DNA from: Chrysomallon squamiferum
Lineage: Eukaryota; Animalia; Mollusca
DNA: 64,000 nt
Direction: 5' to 3'
Assembly: GCA_012295275.1 (NCBI GenBank)
Contig: CM022676.1
Location: 14,198,001-14,262,000, forward strand
Shown here: positions 1-58,423 of the stretch, in pieces
How positions within the stretch are numbered: position 1 is the first letter of the stretch
How the letters are laid out: the number at the start of each line of letters is the position of its first letter
The notes under the pieces: model-generated
The model's database searches: none
Told to the model about the DNA's origin: nothing
Seen by the model: only the letters and a program-made list of their open reading frames with translations
Position numbers and translations under genes: made by a program

Positions 1-890
1 TATGAAAAGAAGAAACTTTCCTGTTGTAGAAGAGGAACCACATTATGGGAGATAACTGTTATTTTCACTGATGTTTTTGATCCTATTAGAGTTATCCCTG
101 ACGTAAGAGAGAATTTCTGCTCTTCCTTAATTTCTTAAGTTAGAAAAGAAGTACAAAGTTCGCGACGAGTGACACAACAACAACGACTACAACTCTTAAG
201 TGCAGCAAAGACTACATTTTTAATTTAATTTTCATATTATGAGTAACGATACTTAATAAACCAAAATGTTATGAAAGACTGAGTTCATGATCATTTTTTT
301 TAATTTAATTTAATTTTGTTTGCTGTTCATTTGTTGAGGATATAAAATAGATATTAAAGTGTTTTGAACGTGTTTTATTTTTTATTTATAATATTAATAA
401 AATAAAACAAGACCATGTAGGCGAATGAGGCTGACATTTTTGTCCTTTTTCTTTCTTTCTTTAATTTATATATAAAATTTAAATTTTACGAATACACAGG
501 AACTGGTAAAAACAAGTCATGTCAGACTGAGCCGACGGCAAATAATTTACTTTTTTTTTTCTTTTGTTGTTTGTTTTTATTGGTTGTAGACCACAATTCT
601 CGTTCAGTTTTCTAGGGAATTTTCGCATCTTTGTTTGTTCTTTCTCTTATGCACGCTATATCACAAACAAATATAATTTTTTCTTGTCACTGAGTTTTTG
701 ATTCTAACTTCTTTCTTTAGTTCAAAATCGACGACTCTCCGTCTTGAAATATCGATGAATCAATTACGTATTAATATGTAAAAATATCAATCTGAAAAAT
801 TATTTTTAAAAACTTAATCTTGAAATTCTAAGATCTAAAAAATGTCTGTGTTTATAAATTAAATATTAAACTGCTATTTTCCCGTTCCAG

Positions 891-10387
<9,497 letters not shown>

Positions 10388-11183
10388 GTGGCCTCTAAAA
10401 GCACGCAGTGGCGACAAACGTGTTCACGGTGGCCTCAGTGTGTGTGCAGTGGCCTATGCGTATACATTATACTTGTCTAAATAAGCAGGATGTCCTGTAT
10501 AACAAAACAAGTGGTTTAACTATCTCTATTCGTGTGATATAAGAGGCTGTATATAAGTTATGTATAATTATAGTAGGCCTATAAATCGAACATGCTTTAC
10601 CAAAGACAGCTTGTGTATTACACTGACCTGAAAGTGACTGGTCTAAAGGCAATACATATAATACAGTAGTATTGTAAGGAAACAGATGAAATGATTACAG
10701 TGGCCTAAAGAAAATGTTGATGAAACAGCGAGTCTTGTGAAAACATTAAGAAGATAACGCAGCAGTCAAGCACAACATCGTATCATAAAACAGAATATTT
10801 AATTAATTAGTGGCCTAATGGGAATGTGGAGCGACGACAAAGTGTAAACAAAACAACAACGTGAAATAAAAGAAACAAATATTTATAATGCAGTGGCCTA
10901 ACTTATTATAATTATAATACGCATTGTAGAATGGTTTATTCAACTTGACCATGACTGTGTTTATATTGTATGGTACGTGTTACATAGCGGCGTATGACGT
11001 TTCTAGAAATCTTCTGTTGAAACCCACAACATTTGTTTGTTCCACCTTCTATTGAGGTTTTAGTCTCATTGACGTTCAATGGAGTAATTAGAATGTTACA
11101 TAACGTACACTGTGAACATGTTAACTTGCATTAGAAACAATAAATGCACAGACCAGTGAACTATCTCCCCATATATTTATATA

Positions 11184-11225
<42 letters not shown>

Positions 11226-12050
11226 GATTATTATTATTATTATTGATAAAAAGCATGAGCTGTGATATTGTTGTTTCTGAAACAACAACAACAACGGACA
11301 ATATTAAAATCTCAGTTTATCAAGGCTTATTCTCAAACAGCTGTTTGTCCTCGAAACAGCTTCACGTCAGGTGTTAGTGATACACGATTTGACGAAAGGT
11401 GGCGTTGATACAAAATCCGTGAAACTGTTTTAGTGCCATAGCAACAAAAATTCCGACTTGGGTGCTTCTTAATCTTGTGTGTGATATATTACATATATTA
11501 AACATATATTATACTAGCTGGTTTTACATACTAAAACTGTTAATGTGACTGGTATCAAGTCACATTTGCAGATCTTCCAAATTCGGACCGGACAAGTGGC
11601 ACGAACAATTACTAACAAGACTAAATATTTGCCTTAACAAACAAAAGTACGAGCTACTTACGTAATAATCTTTGTCGAATTTTCTGATATTAATGTTTTT
11701 ATACTGATATTAATGCACTGGTTCTCCTGTATATATTATTTATTAAGCAATTAAAAATGATACTATAGTATCTGTTTTCGGCGGTTTCCGTAAACTCTGT
11801 GATTTGTTAACAGTCGTAGAATACATTGAGACATACATCGGCTGTTTCCGTAAAACTTAGCATTTATATGTAGTGTAAAACCATGTCTGAAATATAATAA
11901 TAATAATAGTACTGAATATTATAATAGTGATATATATATATATATATACTCCTTAAGAAATGTTACGGAAACTGCCGACAATTGACGAACACTATCCTTA
12001 GTGGCTTCGATATTGTTCGTTTATAGTTTTATTTATAATGTTAATAGATC

Positions 12051-12085
<35 letters not shown>

Positions 12086-12795
12086 CCTCATCGTCATCAT
12101 TATCATCACCGTCATTATTAGTATTGTTATTACTATATTCTTTTATTAACTATTTATTTTTATATATTTATTTTAGCTTATTTAATTTCGTGTATTTGCT
12201 TTCGTAACTTTTAAATGTGTAGTTGTAGATGCAGTTTTAGTCTCACACACTTTTTAATCTGAATGGTTGTTGTTGTATTTATTATTAATATTATTATTAT
12301 TATTGTCACTATTATTATTACAATTATTATTATTATTATCATTATTATTATTATTATGGTTATTATTGTTATTATCACTTAATTATTATCACTATTATTA
12401 TTATTATTATTATTATTATTATCACTATTATTATTATTATTATTATTGTTATTGTTATTAACATTTCTTTCCACAACTTGAATGCAGTTACTTTATTATT
12501 AGCAAACGTTTATGTCCCGCAGAACATAAACTAATCAGAACAAATTCGTATCACATGATAAAGAAGAGAAATTAACCTCCTGTTTACTTCATAGATTTAT
12601 AAAGTTCGTTTTCAAGAAAACATTCAATGTGACTCATTGAGAAATGAGTGATTATGTACCAGATCTTGTACACTGGTCTTTTTTTACTACAAGTGCTACT
12701 ACACGAAACTGTGATTAATTTACCTGTATATAGATTTCTTATAAATTATTATTCTAATGTTTGTTACTAATTATTTATATTTGAATGCCTCATCT

Positions 12796-12835
12796 AATAA
12801 AATTATTTATGTATAAACATTTTCTCTGAAATAAA
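12796..12835 (+). terminator. Candidate polyadenylation signals of the Ig-receptor gene
   Basis: Two AATAAA (12796, 12830) followed by T-rich sequence, just before the switch to microsatellite DNA. The position is inferred. Confidence 0.35.
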
Positions 12836-13399
12836 ATCATTTCCAAAACTTTTATTTTCAGTATGATTCTTTAAAATGAATTACATGCTTATGTTCAGAC
12901 ACACATACGTACACACATGTTTACAGAAATAGATACATACACATACATACATACATATAAACAAACATACATTTATGAAAGTATTTACAAAAGCATTGTA
13001 TATGTACGTGCATACATATTAAGATGCACATACATTTACACCTACCCAAGGAAAAATATCCAATGCGCACATACAAAGGTATGCACAGATACACGTGTGA
13101 ATATATGTATATGTATATACACACAGACATGTGTGTGTGTGTGCGTGCGTGCGTGCGTGTATATGTATGTATAGAGATCTATGTATACACACACACATAT
13201 GGAAACGCATCATAATAAAGTACGTATATGCTTACGTGTACAAATATACCTGTGCACCTAACTGCACGCACTGCTATGTACAAACAGATTTGAGTATAAC
13301 ACAGACACACGTAGGTTTAGTGTCGTCAGAACAGTCAGTGCTAACTGTGAACTCGGGGGGGGGGTCCAGACACTTGCTTGCTGGTCGTCTTCTCTTGAG

Positions 13400-17120
<3,721 letters not shown>

Positions 17121-19286
17121 CAAATACAATCATGCACCTTTGTTTGGATACAAGCTAAGTGTGTGTGTATATGAAATATGTTTAGAAAGAAACGAAAACA
17201 GATTATTTGCAATTATAATTATTTATTAATACAAACTGACATCATCATTGTACAATCAGTTCATAAACAAATGATCTTACATAGCTTTATAAACATCCTA
17301 TCTGTCTATCTAAAGAGCAAAAAGATATCAATACAATATTATTACAGATTTTCTACAATACAGTGAATTTATTACAACTTTGCTTCACTGTGACAGCCGG
17401 TGACCCGTGCTTGTATCATTTTACAGTATTTTTCATAACAAATAAAATGTTGTTTCGTTTAAACTGATGTTTTCTCTTCAGTTTCCTGACAAATCGATGT
17501 GACACAAGCGGGGGGTGGCGAGTCTGCACGGTGAATTTTTGAAGATTATCTTCTTCTTCTTCTTCTTCTTCATTTTTGTCACTGTCAGCTCTTCACGTAA
17601 TCTCGTTTTTCTTTCCATTACTGTCTGGTGTAATTTCTTAAATGTTTTAAATTTCAAGTAAAAATCTTCTAAAATTGTTCACCGGTAATCGTTGACATTC
17701 TTCGTTTTGTGTAGGTTCCACCCTCGGCACAGAGCATCTCAGAGTCGCAGTCTCCAGACTCTCGACTGCAGGCGGCTCGTGTGAAAGTTGATGAGAAGAT
17801 TTCCAGATTTCCAAAAGATTCCTCGTCCTTTCCATGATAAGCAAATACTCGAGATGGCAGAACGACAGACATTTTGAGATAATTTTTTCGTTTTTCAAAA
17901 AGACTGATTTGTCGAAAGTAAAATCTTTAAATTCTTTAACGTGTTGCTCAGCAGACTTTCGCTTTAAGAATGATGCTTAATAAAACCGATCCTTAGATTT
18001 ATATAAAAAAATTACAAGGACATTCACAGCTTCTGGTTTGCAGTGTTAGATAAAAAATTTAAAAAAAAGAACAGAAAAAAGTATAGAATATTCCAGACGA
18101 TGGCAGCTGTTTATAAATTAGTAAAGAAAAACTGAAGAAAAAAATATCTGTTTTCTTCAGGATTTTTTACATATCAAGAATGTCTGATAGTTCGTCTGTT
18201 AATTAACTGATGACACACACAGAGTGTAGCTGAATATGTATGCATGTATGTGCGTATATATATATATATATATGTGTGTATTTGTTTGTATTTTAGGATT
18301 TCAATGTTCTCTGTTTTTTTACAACCAATCGCGACCTCAGCTGCCGCTGACGAGACTTGACCTTGTGACTCCCACTCGCCCAGACTTCGACGGTGGACGA
18401 GGTTAGTGTTCGGCCATCAAAACCTTAGAAAAGTTGCTCTCTAAACGAGGCTAATCTTCGTTTGCATGAAGCACACCGTTCTTTTCATTTCATTATTTAT
18501 TATTATTATTTATTTATTTATTACAATTTGTGTGTGTGTGGGAAATCTGGCATTGGCAAGTTTGTATTTTAGGATTTGAACATTTTATATTGAAAATTAT
18601 GTCATTACAAGGATATTTTGGTTAGCAAAATTGAACACATTATCAGTAATGGTTACCTCCCTTTATGTACAAAATGTGAACCCATCTCGCGGACTTAGTG
18701 AAAACAACGTAACAGTCACTGTGACGTCAGACAGTTCTTACATGACAGCTACACATAACGTAAATCACAATCAAAAACTGTGGGAGGTAAAATTCTTTAG
18801 GTTAACATCGCTCATCCAACCTTTGAGGGTGGGGCTCCCCTGGGGATCAGTTGTAACACGAATATGAAATCAGGTTTCAGATTGTGACGTCTTCAGAAAT
18901 CTACGAAGTGAATGAATATGTTATTGGTTTTTTTTTTCTGTCTTGTTGCCGGAATCTCTCTGTCTTACTAGCTTATCTGTCATTTCTTATCTTTATGTAT
19001 CCATCTTTCTATCTGTCTGTTTGTCTATATCTCTGTTTGCTCACGTATATGTATATAAGTAAATATGTATGGAAGTATGTATGTATACAGTTTATAAATA
19101 TGTATATGTGCCTGTGAGTATATATATTAAACTTACATAACGATAATTTAGAATAATATAAAAATGTGTTAATATCTCTTCAAAAGAATGACTATTTAAT
19201 TCGATAAAAATTAAATATTTTAGCTATCATTATTATTACACAATCTGTAATTCATAATTCAATAATAATAATAACAATAACAACAA

Positions 19287-19318
<32 letters not shown>

Positions 19319-21731
19319 ATACTACTACTACTAATACTACTACTACTACTAAATAATAATAATACTAATAATATACTAATAATAATAAGAAGAAGAATAA
19401 TAAGAAGAAGACGTATCAGTGTAATGTAGATGTACTGGGCTTGGTGTGTTTGGCTGTCTCCAATAAACCAACCGTGCTGACTGTCTGTCATTAAAGAGAT
19501 CGTTGATGAAACAGATGATTTGATTGGTGGACGCGGATAACCAATAAGAGATAACGAAACTTCGTTAGAAAACGTCGGTCGTTTCATGTGACTATATGAA
19601 CCCTGCAAACCACGTTCAGCAGACACACGATATTTTTTTTTCAAATGAAAGTCAATAGTATTAAAAAAAAAATATATATATATATATATATATTAATGAT
19701 ATAGATCGAATTTCATTTTCTGCTTCAGTGTGTAAAGAGTTAAGAAAATATTCGTGATGAATGGAAGCGTTTGTTCCATCATGTGACGCGGCTTTGTGCG
19801 TACGAGAGTCAGATAAAGTGTATGTACAGTTAATTACGTAGAGTTTATCGACAGTCGATAGTTCTGTGACATACAGCGTGTAGCTTACTGGGTTATTAAT
19901 AAGCGTACAATAAGAGTCAATTGAAAGACAGAGCTGTGAATCAAACCATCGAGAACCAGACTAAATATTAATTTCAATTAAGCAAAACGGTTCGTGTATA
20001 AATTTGAATGAACCGGAAATCGAAAATTTTGGAGAATTTGAAATAGGAAAAAGAAATTTTGAAAAGATGAGCAAACTTGACGAGAATTCGTCAGTTTTGG
20101 AGAGTCGAGATACGAAAACTGAAGAAAAGAACGATTCTTGAGAGACACAATAAGAAATTAGAATGGAGCCGTTATTTCAAAATTTTACAGAATTTCTGTA
20201 AAAATAATTCTTTGAGTGAAATTATGCTAAACAACATAATAATTTAAATTTCAATACAAAAATTAAAAACTATTTTTTAAATTTATAAAAGCAAAATCGA
20301 CGGAAACATTTAAAATGATTTTGACATTGAAGTCAAATAATTCTGAAGCTATTTTAATGAACGTCAGACACGGTAACAATTAGAAAGAGAATGAAGTAAC
20401 TGTGGCGACATAAAATTGTTATAAATTTCATTTTATTCCTCATCTTCTTTTTCTCGTTTTCTGTCTAATAATATTTTTCTTCTCGTGAACGGTTTTAGTA
20501 AAACGATCACCATAGTCTGCTCGATATTGTCAGGTATCATGTTTGTAGTTTATTATCAGTTCCAGCTTGTAGGAGATTTTTGTTACTTGCAACCACGGAG
20601 AGACAGGGAGAGAAAATAAAAAATAGGTAAGACGTGCTGGTTTATTGACGTGTTTCACGTTGTTTAACTCGGACCAAACATCGATTTATTTTCATTTCTG
20701 TGAACACAATATTAGCCACATAGAAAGCATCTATTGATTGTGGAATAGTGACAAAGATACGCGGGCTGTTTAGACTTATTGTGTTTGTCGTGCACACTCA
20801 GATAGGTGGAAAGACTGCAGAGCTTTTAACATCTGCAAGATTACGGAAGAAACGTTCAAGATTAAAAGCCCAGTAAAAAACAAGTGGGAAATAATCGATA
20901 GAAAGAAAGACATATCAGTCTGAAAGTAAAGGATGTGACTGCTTGAGAAAACAGTTTTAACGATTCTTTCATTTTCCTCCTCATTTTAAACTTCCTTTTT
21001 GTTGCGTTAAAAACACAAACGACGATTCATCATCTTTCTTAGGAAACGTCTCTGAACCTTGTAGTGATGCATGATGCCGCTGACGAAATGCAGTCGTTGA
21101 AGACGTTGGAACGACGTCCTGGCGTACATGGATAGAGTCTTTTTTTTTTTTTTTTTTTTTTTTCTGTTTTTCCAGCTCTGAAATAATGGAACAATATTCA
21201 TTCAAGTGGAAACATTCATTCAGTGATGACATCGGTTTAACGTTGTCTGGAAACGAGTTCTGATTCCTAAGAAATGGGAAAATCTTTGCCAAGTTTACAG
21301 TCTGTTCTTAAAATAGAACTGGAAAAAGCAAATTTACATGTTTAGAGGGTTATCTAGATTTTTAATTTTAATTTTTTTTTCACCTTGATATTGTTTTATT
21401 TTTAGGTAATTTTAATTTTTTAATTAACTGTAATAAAAACTGTTAGAAGCAAACAGGAACACCATTAAACCTCTGGACAAGAAGAGATGCGGTTACAGAC
21501 CACTGTGTGAACTAGCAGTAAAACATGATAAACACAATAACTGAGAAAAACTACTTCAACGTGAACTAGCAGTAAAACACGATAACTGAGAAAAACTACT
21601 TCAACGTGAACTAGCAGTAAAACATGATAAACACGATAACTGAGAAAAACTACTTCAACGTGAACTAGCAGTAAAACATGATAAACACGATAACTCAGAA
21701 GAACTACTTCAACGTGAACTATCAGTAAAAC

Positions 21732-43678
<21,947 letters not shown>

Positions 43679-45274
43679 TTTTAAATGTGTGGTTTGAGAC
43701 CACACGGGGCGACAACTCTTCTATGCAATGTTAATCAGCGAAACAGAACTCTTGAAATTACGGACATTCGTGAATGAATGGTTTGATAGCGCGTGTTGTA
43801 TACAGGTTTTAAAACTGCTGTGTACAATCCGATATTACTCGGTTACATATGTAATGATTGTATTCATTTGTTTAGTATGTGTTTGTTTGTTTGTTTATTT
43901 ATTCAATTGTTTATCTGTTTATTTATTTGTTTTGTTTATTTGTTTGTTTGTTTGTTTATTTATTTGTTTGTTATTTTTTTTTAGGGGTGTGTGTGTGTGG
44001 TAATTTATTCCATCAATGGATTTTTTTATTTATTTATATATTTGTTTCATTGTTTAGTTAAGTATATACTTATTAATTAATTAATATATTCAGTCATTCG
44101 TTATTTATTTATTTGTTTGTTTTTGTTTGTTTGTCTTTGTGTTTGTTTATTTATTCATTTTTGTTAGTGTCGTAGTTTCTTCCATCAAGGTTCACCAGTT
44201 TTCTGTCCTTGCTCGCTAAAGACTTCCGTGTTTCGAACACCCTTTACCCCTCCCCCCCGTCCTTATTCTCCTGACAACGAACATGTTTCCTCGTGTACAG
44301 ATATTCACGTGTCTTTAAGAAATGTGCGCGTGTTCGTTTGTGTGCGTGTGTCTCTGAAAGCTAAAACGCAGCTCCTACTTTGTAAAAAAATCTGAGAATT
44401 TTTAATGCTCTTTTTACATTCATTTTTTTTCTTTTGAATTGGTATCTGAAGAAAAAATATGTAGCTATTATACGCATTAACAGTAGTAGTGGTAGTAGCA
44501 GCAGTAACTGTAGTGCTGGTAGGAACAGGAGTAGTAACAATAAGAAATATAATTAAGACAAAAATCACTTTGTCATGGAGTATTAAGTTGGTTTATAGGC
44601 TTTTTGTCTCTTTCTTTGTTATTAAAATTGTAAAAAAATTATTTATCCAAAAATATTTAAAATCTTTGAGGAAGGTTATCAAATGCATGCTATTAACTTT
44701 AATTTGAGAAATATCACTTTTATTTTAATCTTTTGCTGTACCTTTTAGCTGCATGATTTATCAGAAACCTATCACAAAATAAGTTTTATAGGCAGTTTTA
44801 CTGCTTTACAATGAAACCCTTAAAACAATTAATTATATGTTTTACATTTGATTATTAACTTGATTGTGAATTTGAAATTATATTTGAATTTGTAACCACT
44901 ATTTATAACGATGCATATAGCTATATTTATTATGTAAACTCTTTGTTGATATATACATTATATTTTAATTATTAACCACTTCGTATGTATTATATTTAAA
45001 TCATATTTAAAATAATATCCTGGACGTACATATATATTTATATTTGAAATTATAATTGCGCATCTAAGATGATTAAAATTATGAGTCAACTGATGAAACT
45101 CTAACAAAGTATAATCTGATTTGAAGTTTTTTTTCTTTTTACAAATCATATGCTATTTATTTATCGTGTATATTGTACTGGCATCTTAACGCTAAGTCAT
45201 ATATAAGTTTTCAAACTTTTTTTCTTGAATTTAAATCTTGTATTTTGTTGATATTTTCTGACGAGTGGATAAAA

Positions 45275-45280
45275 AATAAA
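45275..45280 (+). terminator. Candidate polyA signal of NIT-GC-A
   Basis: AATAAA followed by GT/T-rich sequence about 1.6 kb after the stop codon. Confidence 0.3.
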
Positions 45281-45995
45281 TTGTGTTGTTGATTTTATAT
45301 CTTGTTTCTTCTCTCTTATAAGTAGATGATTTTTCATGAAGTCACACGCACACGCGCATTAGTATGCACGAACACGCACACAAACACAAATACACGTACA
45401 CACACGTACAGTCACGTACTTGCAATACATACTTAGCAACACGTACACATACACTCACCTCCAATACACTCAAATACACACACATACGCACAGAGACACA
45501 GGTTCTATTGGGTCATAACGAACCAAACGTAATGTCTTTATTGCCACACGAAGATTATTTGCTTTCTATCAACAGTTTACACGTCTCAGCTTTTCTGTTC
45601 AGTGGGTCACCCAAGAGGAACAAAACAAGCTGAAATTTATCCAGAAATTAAGGAAATGTATTTTGTAGATACAAGAAATTTTGTTCTGAAGTGAATGATA
45701 TAGATTACGAATATCTACCTACGATATGACATCAGCGTTAATAGATTGGGACAGATGATTCAAAGGGACGTAATTCTAATGTGATACATTTCGTGTGTGA
45801 CTCACAACTAGAAATCCCTTAATTGCTTACTCAGGAACATTGGTATATATATAAAAAAATCATGTAAAAAGAAAAGAAAAAAGAAATATTTATGTGTACT
45901 ACCCCATCCCAATCTAACCCATAAAAAATAAGAAAATACAAGAAAATAATAATTAAATAAAGAAGACGAAGAAGAAGAAGAAGAAGAAGAAGAAG

Positions 45996-46027
<32 letters not shown>

Positions 46028-46944
46028 AAGAAAGAAAGAAAGAAAAAAGAAAGCACTCATTTGATAATTCAGTAGTTACGGGGAAACAAAAAAATAACAC
46101 AAAATAAAGGATTGGAAATGAATTTGTTTCAAATAACAACTTAATGTCAAAACAATATTTTTACCTGTCTTACAAGCCAAAATTTTATTATTATAAATAA
46201 TATGCAAAAGAATCTCACCCCATTTTAATATTAAAAACGTTTTAAATTAATACTTTGGTTTTAAACTGAAGATATGAGAGAAGAAACCCGCTTTTCCTGA
46301 CCTAATTAGCATCAAATTATTTGTTAAAAACCCTTTATTACAAAGATGTTTTTGTTTTATCGAGAACAGGGGATTATTTTACATATTCTGATTGGAGGAT
46401 CGTCTGTGAATTCCCAGACCTGTCAAATTTCCACGACTATTTGTCGAATTCTGTGGTATGTGCTATCTTGTCTATGGGAGGGTGTATACTAAATATAAAA
46501 AGGAGCAGACCACTCTTCGTCTGCTGTCTGATTGGTATTCAACTGCACATCGCAGGACAAATATCCATTAAAAAGTTGCTGATTAATAAAACATTTCTTC
46601 TACAAGCTGTTTTATATTTACCTGTTCGGGAGATACAGTTTAATCAGTTTTCAAATCGATACAAGAAATCGTACAGTGTGAATATGTCTTTAGTGAGATG
46701 ACTGCGGGACTGCAGGTAGTCTGAGTACTAACGAATCGAACAAGTCAATTGCGAGTCGCTTGTTGTTAGTACCCTACCCGAGTCACTGAACTCTGGGACA
46801 TAGAACGGAAGGAAGGAAAAAGAAGAAAAGAAAGTAAGGAACGCCAACGGGTCAAAAATAAAATAAAAACAAATAATAATAATTAATAAATAAATTCTAG
46901 ATGAAGTCATGTTTAGAAGAAAATACGTAATCTACTACAGAAAA

Positions 46945-46979
<35 letters not shown>

Positions 46980-47084
46980 AAAGTGAAAATGATATTATCA
47001 GCAGGATGAAAACTGTTCTCAAAATGGTTTTATATGATCTAAACCAGCAATTAAATCAATAAATCAGGAATTTTGAACTATGCA

Positions 47085-47123
<39 letters not shown>

Positions 47124-47981
47124 CATCATCATCATCATCATAGAAATTATTTAGTGTTTATTTTAGTATTTTATTTTAATTTTTACAATCCCTTTCCACT
47201 TCCTTATCTCATGCACAAATTAACCGAACACGGAACCGAAATGTAAATTTATTAGTTTAATTTGTTTACGCGAGGCGATTCTTCCAGTTAGGTTTGTAAC
47301 TGCGAGTTGATTGGCGACTGATTAGCGAGTGGAAGACGAGACATTGATTGTGCAGCAACATCGATAAAAGACACAGGCGACCAAAGCTGTTTACTCTTGT
47401 TAAATCTCAGCAGCTTGTGTAGCGTTGTACACCGTGTACAACGACAAAGACTCTTCAAAGGGAGAAAAAAAAAAAAAAAAGAAGAATGAGAAATTAATAC
47501 CATACAAGGAACAAAAAAAACAACAAATTGTAAATACAAGGCGAAAGAAGATAGTACGGCATTAGAAAGACATAATTATTATAACAGAGTAAAAATAAAT
47601 AAATAAGTAAATAAATAAACAAGTAAGTGGATAAATAATAAAAATAATAAGAATAATAAAAAATATTTTAAAAAATGAGAGGAAATTGGTAAGAAATATA
47701 ACAATAGACAAAAAAAAAAATAAAAATAATAATAATAATAATAAAAAAAAAAAAAAAAATAAAAATAAAAAAAAAAAAAAATAAAAAATATAAAACAGAT
47801 AATAATGGAAAAGAAGACTGCTATGTGAGGTTGTTTTTATTGACAAATCGACAGACTTAATACAGTCCAATAAAAAAAAAAAAAAGAGAGAGAAATAATA
47901 ATAATAAGAAGAAGAAGAAATAAGAAAACAGGAACAAGGAAAAAGAAAGGGAGTACAGATCAATACTGGTTTTAGAAATTC

Positions 47982-48020
<39 letters not shown>

Positions 48021-48865
48021 AGGGGAATTTTGTACAGACGAACTAAAACACGATTTGTTTATTTATTTATTTATTTTTTATTTAAAGGAAAACAGGAAAA
48101 ACTCTGAAATGTTCTAGAAGTATGATTATTAGTAAAACTGAAAGCTCGTATCGATTGTACAGACGAGTCACCAAAACGAGGCAGATTTCCTGAACTTATC
48201 GTTATCTGCAGTCAGTGACACATATGTTTACTGAGAAATCACCCGTTATCAGTTTTCATGAATTCTGTCAGTGATGTGAAAGAAAGAACTACTGGAAGAA
48301 ATGAAGAATGAATAACAAGGGACAAAAATCACAAAGGAAGAAGGAACAAATAAAAAAAGAAAGGTAAGAAGACCGAAAGAAAGGAAAGAAAAAGAACTAA
48401 AAGAATCGAGAGAGAAAACGAAAGGAAAGAAGAACGAAGAAAGGAAGGGAAGAAGTCTGAGTGACAAAGGGACGTAAGAACGAAAGTAGAGTATTATTTG
48501 GCTCATATTGTAAGAACTGAGGTAGTTGAAGATGTGACACAGGAATGTAGCTGTTCTGTTTACAGCGTGCACGTGTTAAAATGGCACAGAACTAAAGTGA
48601 ACATTAGAAGAGAGAACTTACCACACAACTTTTAGTTTAATCTGATTAGTAATCTGAGAAAAAAAGAGAGAAAACGTTCTATATTAGAGGAAAAAAAAAA
48701 ACATTTACTGATCTCTCAGCCATGCCGTATTTATTTTCTTTTATGCTTGTGATTATTCAGTCAGTGACAGAAATTTAATTTACCTAATCCGAGGAGAGAG
48801 AGGGAAAGAAAGTGATCGAAAGAAGAAAAGACAACATTGTTTAAGATTCTGAACTATTTTATTCC

Positions 48866-48932
<67 letters not shown>

Positions 48933-49729
48933 GGAAGCATCTTTTAATTCTGATTTACCAGACTAATTCAGGGACAGAAGAAGACAAAGAAGATAAATTA
49001 ATCTTCACTGATATTCTCTATTATGTTTTATCTCTGATACTACTGTATTATTTATAGTGTGCCTAAACGAGAAAGAACGCTGATCCGGCTAAAAAAAGAA
49101 CAAAAAAACTAAAGATACTCAGATCTGTTTCATCTGAGAATGGATTCCAGAATTTTATGAATTTAGTGAAGGTAATCTGAGAACACTGGGAACTTTGGCT
49201 GAACATTTTTAAAACAAACTTGAGGAGGAAGCAATTTTATCGGTTTATTTAAATTACTCGGAAAGAGAAAAAAACAAAATAACTTCAAAACTGAAGAAAT
49301 CGTATTAACTTAACAACCTGTATCGTTTAACTCATTTTCAAAAACTACGAACAATGAGTCCTTCAAAACACCAGCAACGACAACGACAACAACAACCAAA
49401 GAAAGAGTCATAAAGCCAATAATAGTGTCTGTAATCCTGTTTACCATCAAAAACTAATGACTGTTCGCAGAGGATAGGATTAAACAAATATTAACCTAAT
49501 CCCTAAGATGCACTGATCGGAGGGTTAAATTTAAAAGAAAGAAAAATAAAGGTCATCACAGAAATTTAAACTTCATAGGTCAGTGACCCAAGACTATTAT
49601 TCTGAGAAGCGGGTATTAAAATTAATTATCTCATTATTGGAATTCTGTTTGCTCGACTTTTGTAAGAGTCACCAGGTAAAATATTGATGATGATGATGAT
49701 GATGATAATAATAATAATAATAATGATAA

Positions 49730-49768
<39 letters not shown>

Positions 49769-49872
49769 AAATATTAATTAATTAATTAATTAAAAAGAAT
49801 CTTTTAAAAGATATTATGTAGATTAAAAAAATAAAAATAGAATAAAATAAAATAAAATAAAATAAAATAAAA

Positions 49873-49911
<39 letters not shown>

Positions 49912-50421
49912 GTAAAAGGAAAGTTGAAAGTAAGATAAATGTTGAGTTCACCTGTACTGTGACGTTGTTGTCACATAAAAGTTCAGTTATCAGAAACGTT
50001 GACGTGGGTAGTCGCGTGACAAAGGAAATAAAACAAACACAGTTTAAAAAAAGAAATAAACGCAATAGTTATACTGCAAGACGTTTCACCATGACTTATG
50101 TGGGTTTTTTTGTGTTTTTTCTCTTGTAATTACAAAGATAAGAATAAACTGAATTGGAAAGGAAGATTTGAGTACACGATCGATCACTCATCATTTTTAT
50201 AAAATAGTAGTAATGCAAAAAAAAAAATGAAAATACATTTTAAGGAAAGAAAGAAAGAAAAACGATTAAAGAAAAGAAAAAAGAGATAGAAAAAAGATAA
50301 GGAAATTTTCGCAAGATAAGAATTTAAATTTACACTGTTGTGAGTAAAGTAAACAAAACAATTAAGTTAATAACGAAGAAGGGAAAATCATTTTATTTTT
50401 TATTTTTTCAATTCAGGAAAT

Positions 50422-57900
<7,479 letters not shown>

Positions 57901-58235
57901 ACTTCCACGACCAACTTTCGAAGACAAACCAGCCTACATATGTCTGCTGAACAGCGACATCTTTTAAAATGAAGGGCAGACAACTCTAGTTATTTAGGAA
58001 CGCTAAATACTATTGTACTGTTATTATTGACTGCTTCTGTTGCTTTTATTACTGCTGCAGCTTCTTCTAGAAACACAACTACTCCAATCACTGCTACTAC
58101 TACTGCTGTTACTACTGCACAAAATAGAGAAAAATTAGATACGTCTTACTTTTGATTAAAAGAAGTAAATTATCAATAGAAATCATATCTATTACATAAC
58201 GTATATTAGGAAGGTATTTTCAAAACAAAACACAA

Positions 58236-58274
<39 letters not shown>

Positions 58275-58359
58275 CGTTAACAACAACAAGAGCAGTGACA
58301 ACACAGGATAATAGAAACACACACATATAAACACAAAGAAATAAATAAGGACAGAAATG

Positions 58360-58423
<64 letters not shown>

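Noticed and set aside
17647-17898. GC-richer island with short ORFs on both strands and a + strand acceptor at about 17714
   Set aside because: No homology recognised and no convincing donor. It could be a UTR exon or regulatory DNA, but that cannot be supported.
19440-19560. Cluster of CCAAT/ATTGG boxes as the NIT-GC-A promoter (similar boxes at about 46390-47330 upstream of B)
   Set aside because: Short motifs with no transcription-start evidence; plausible but not callable.
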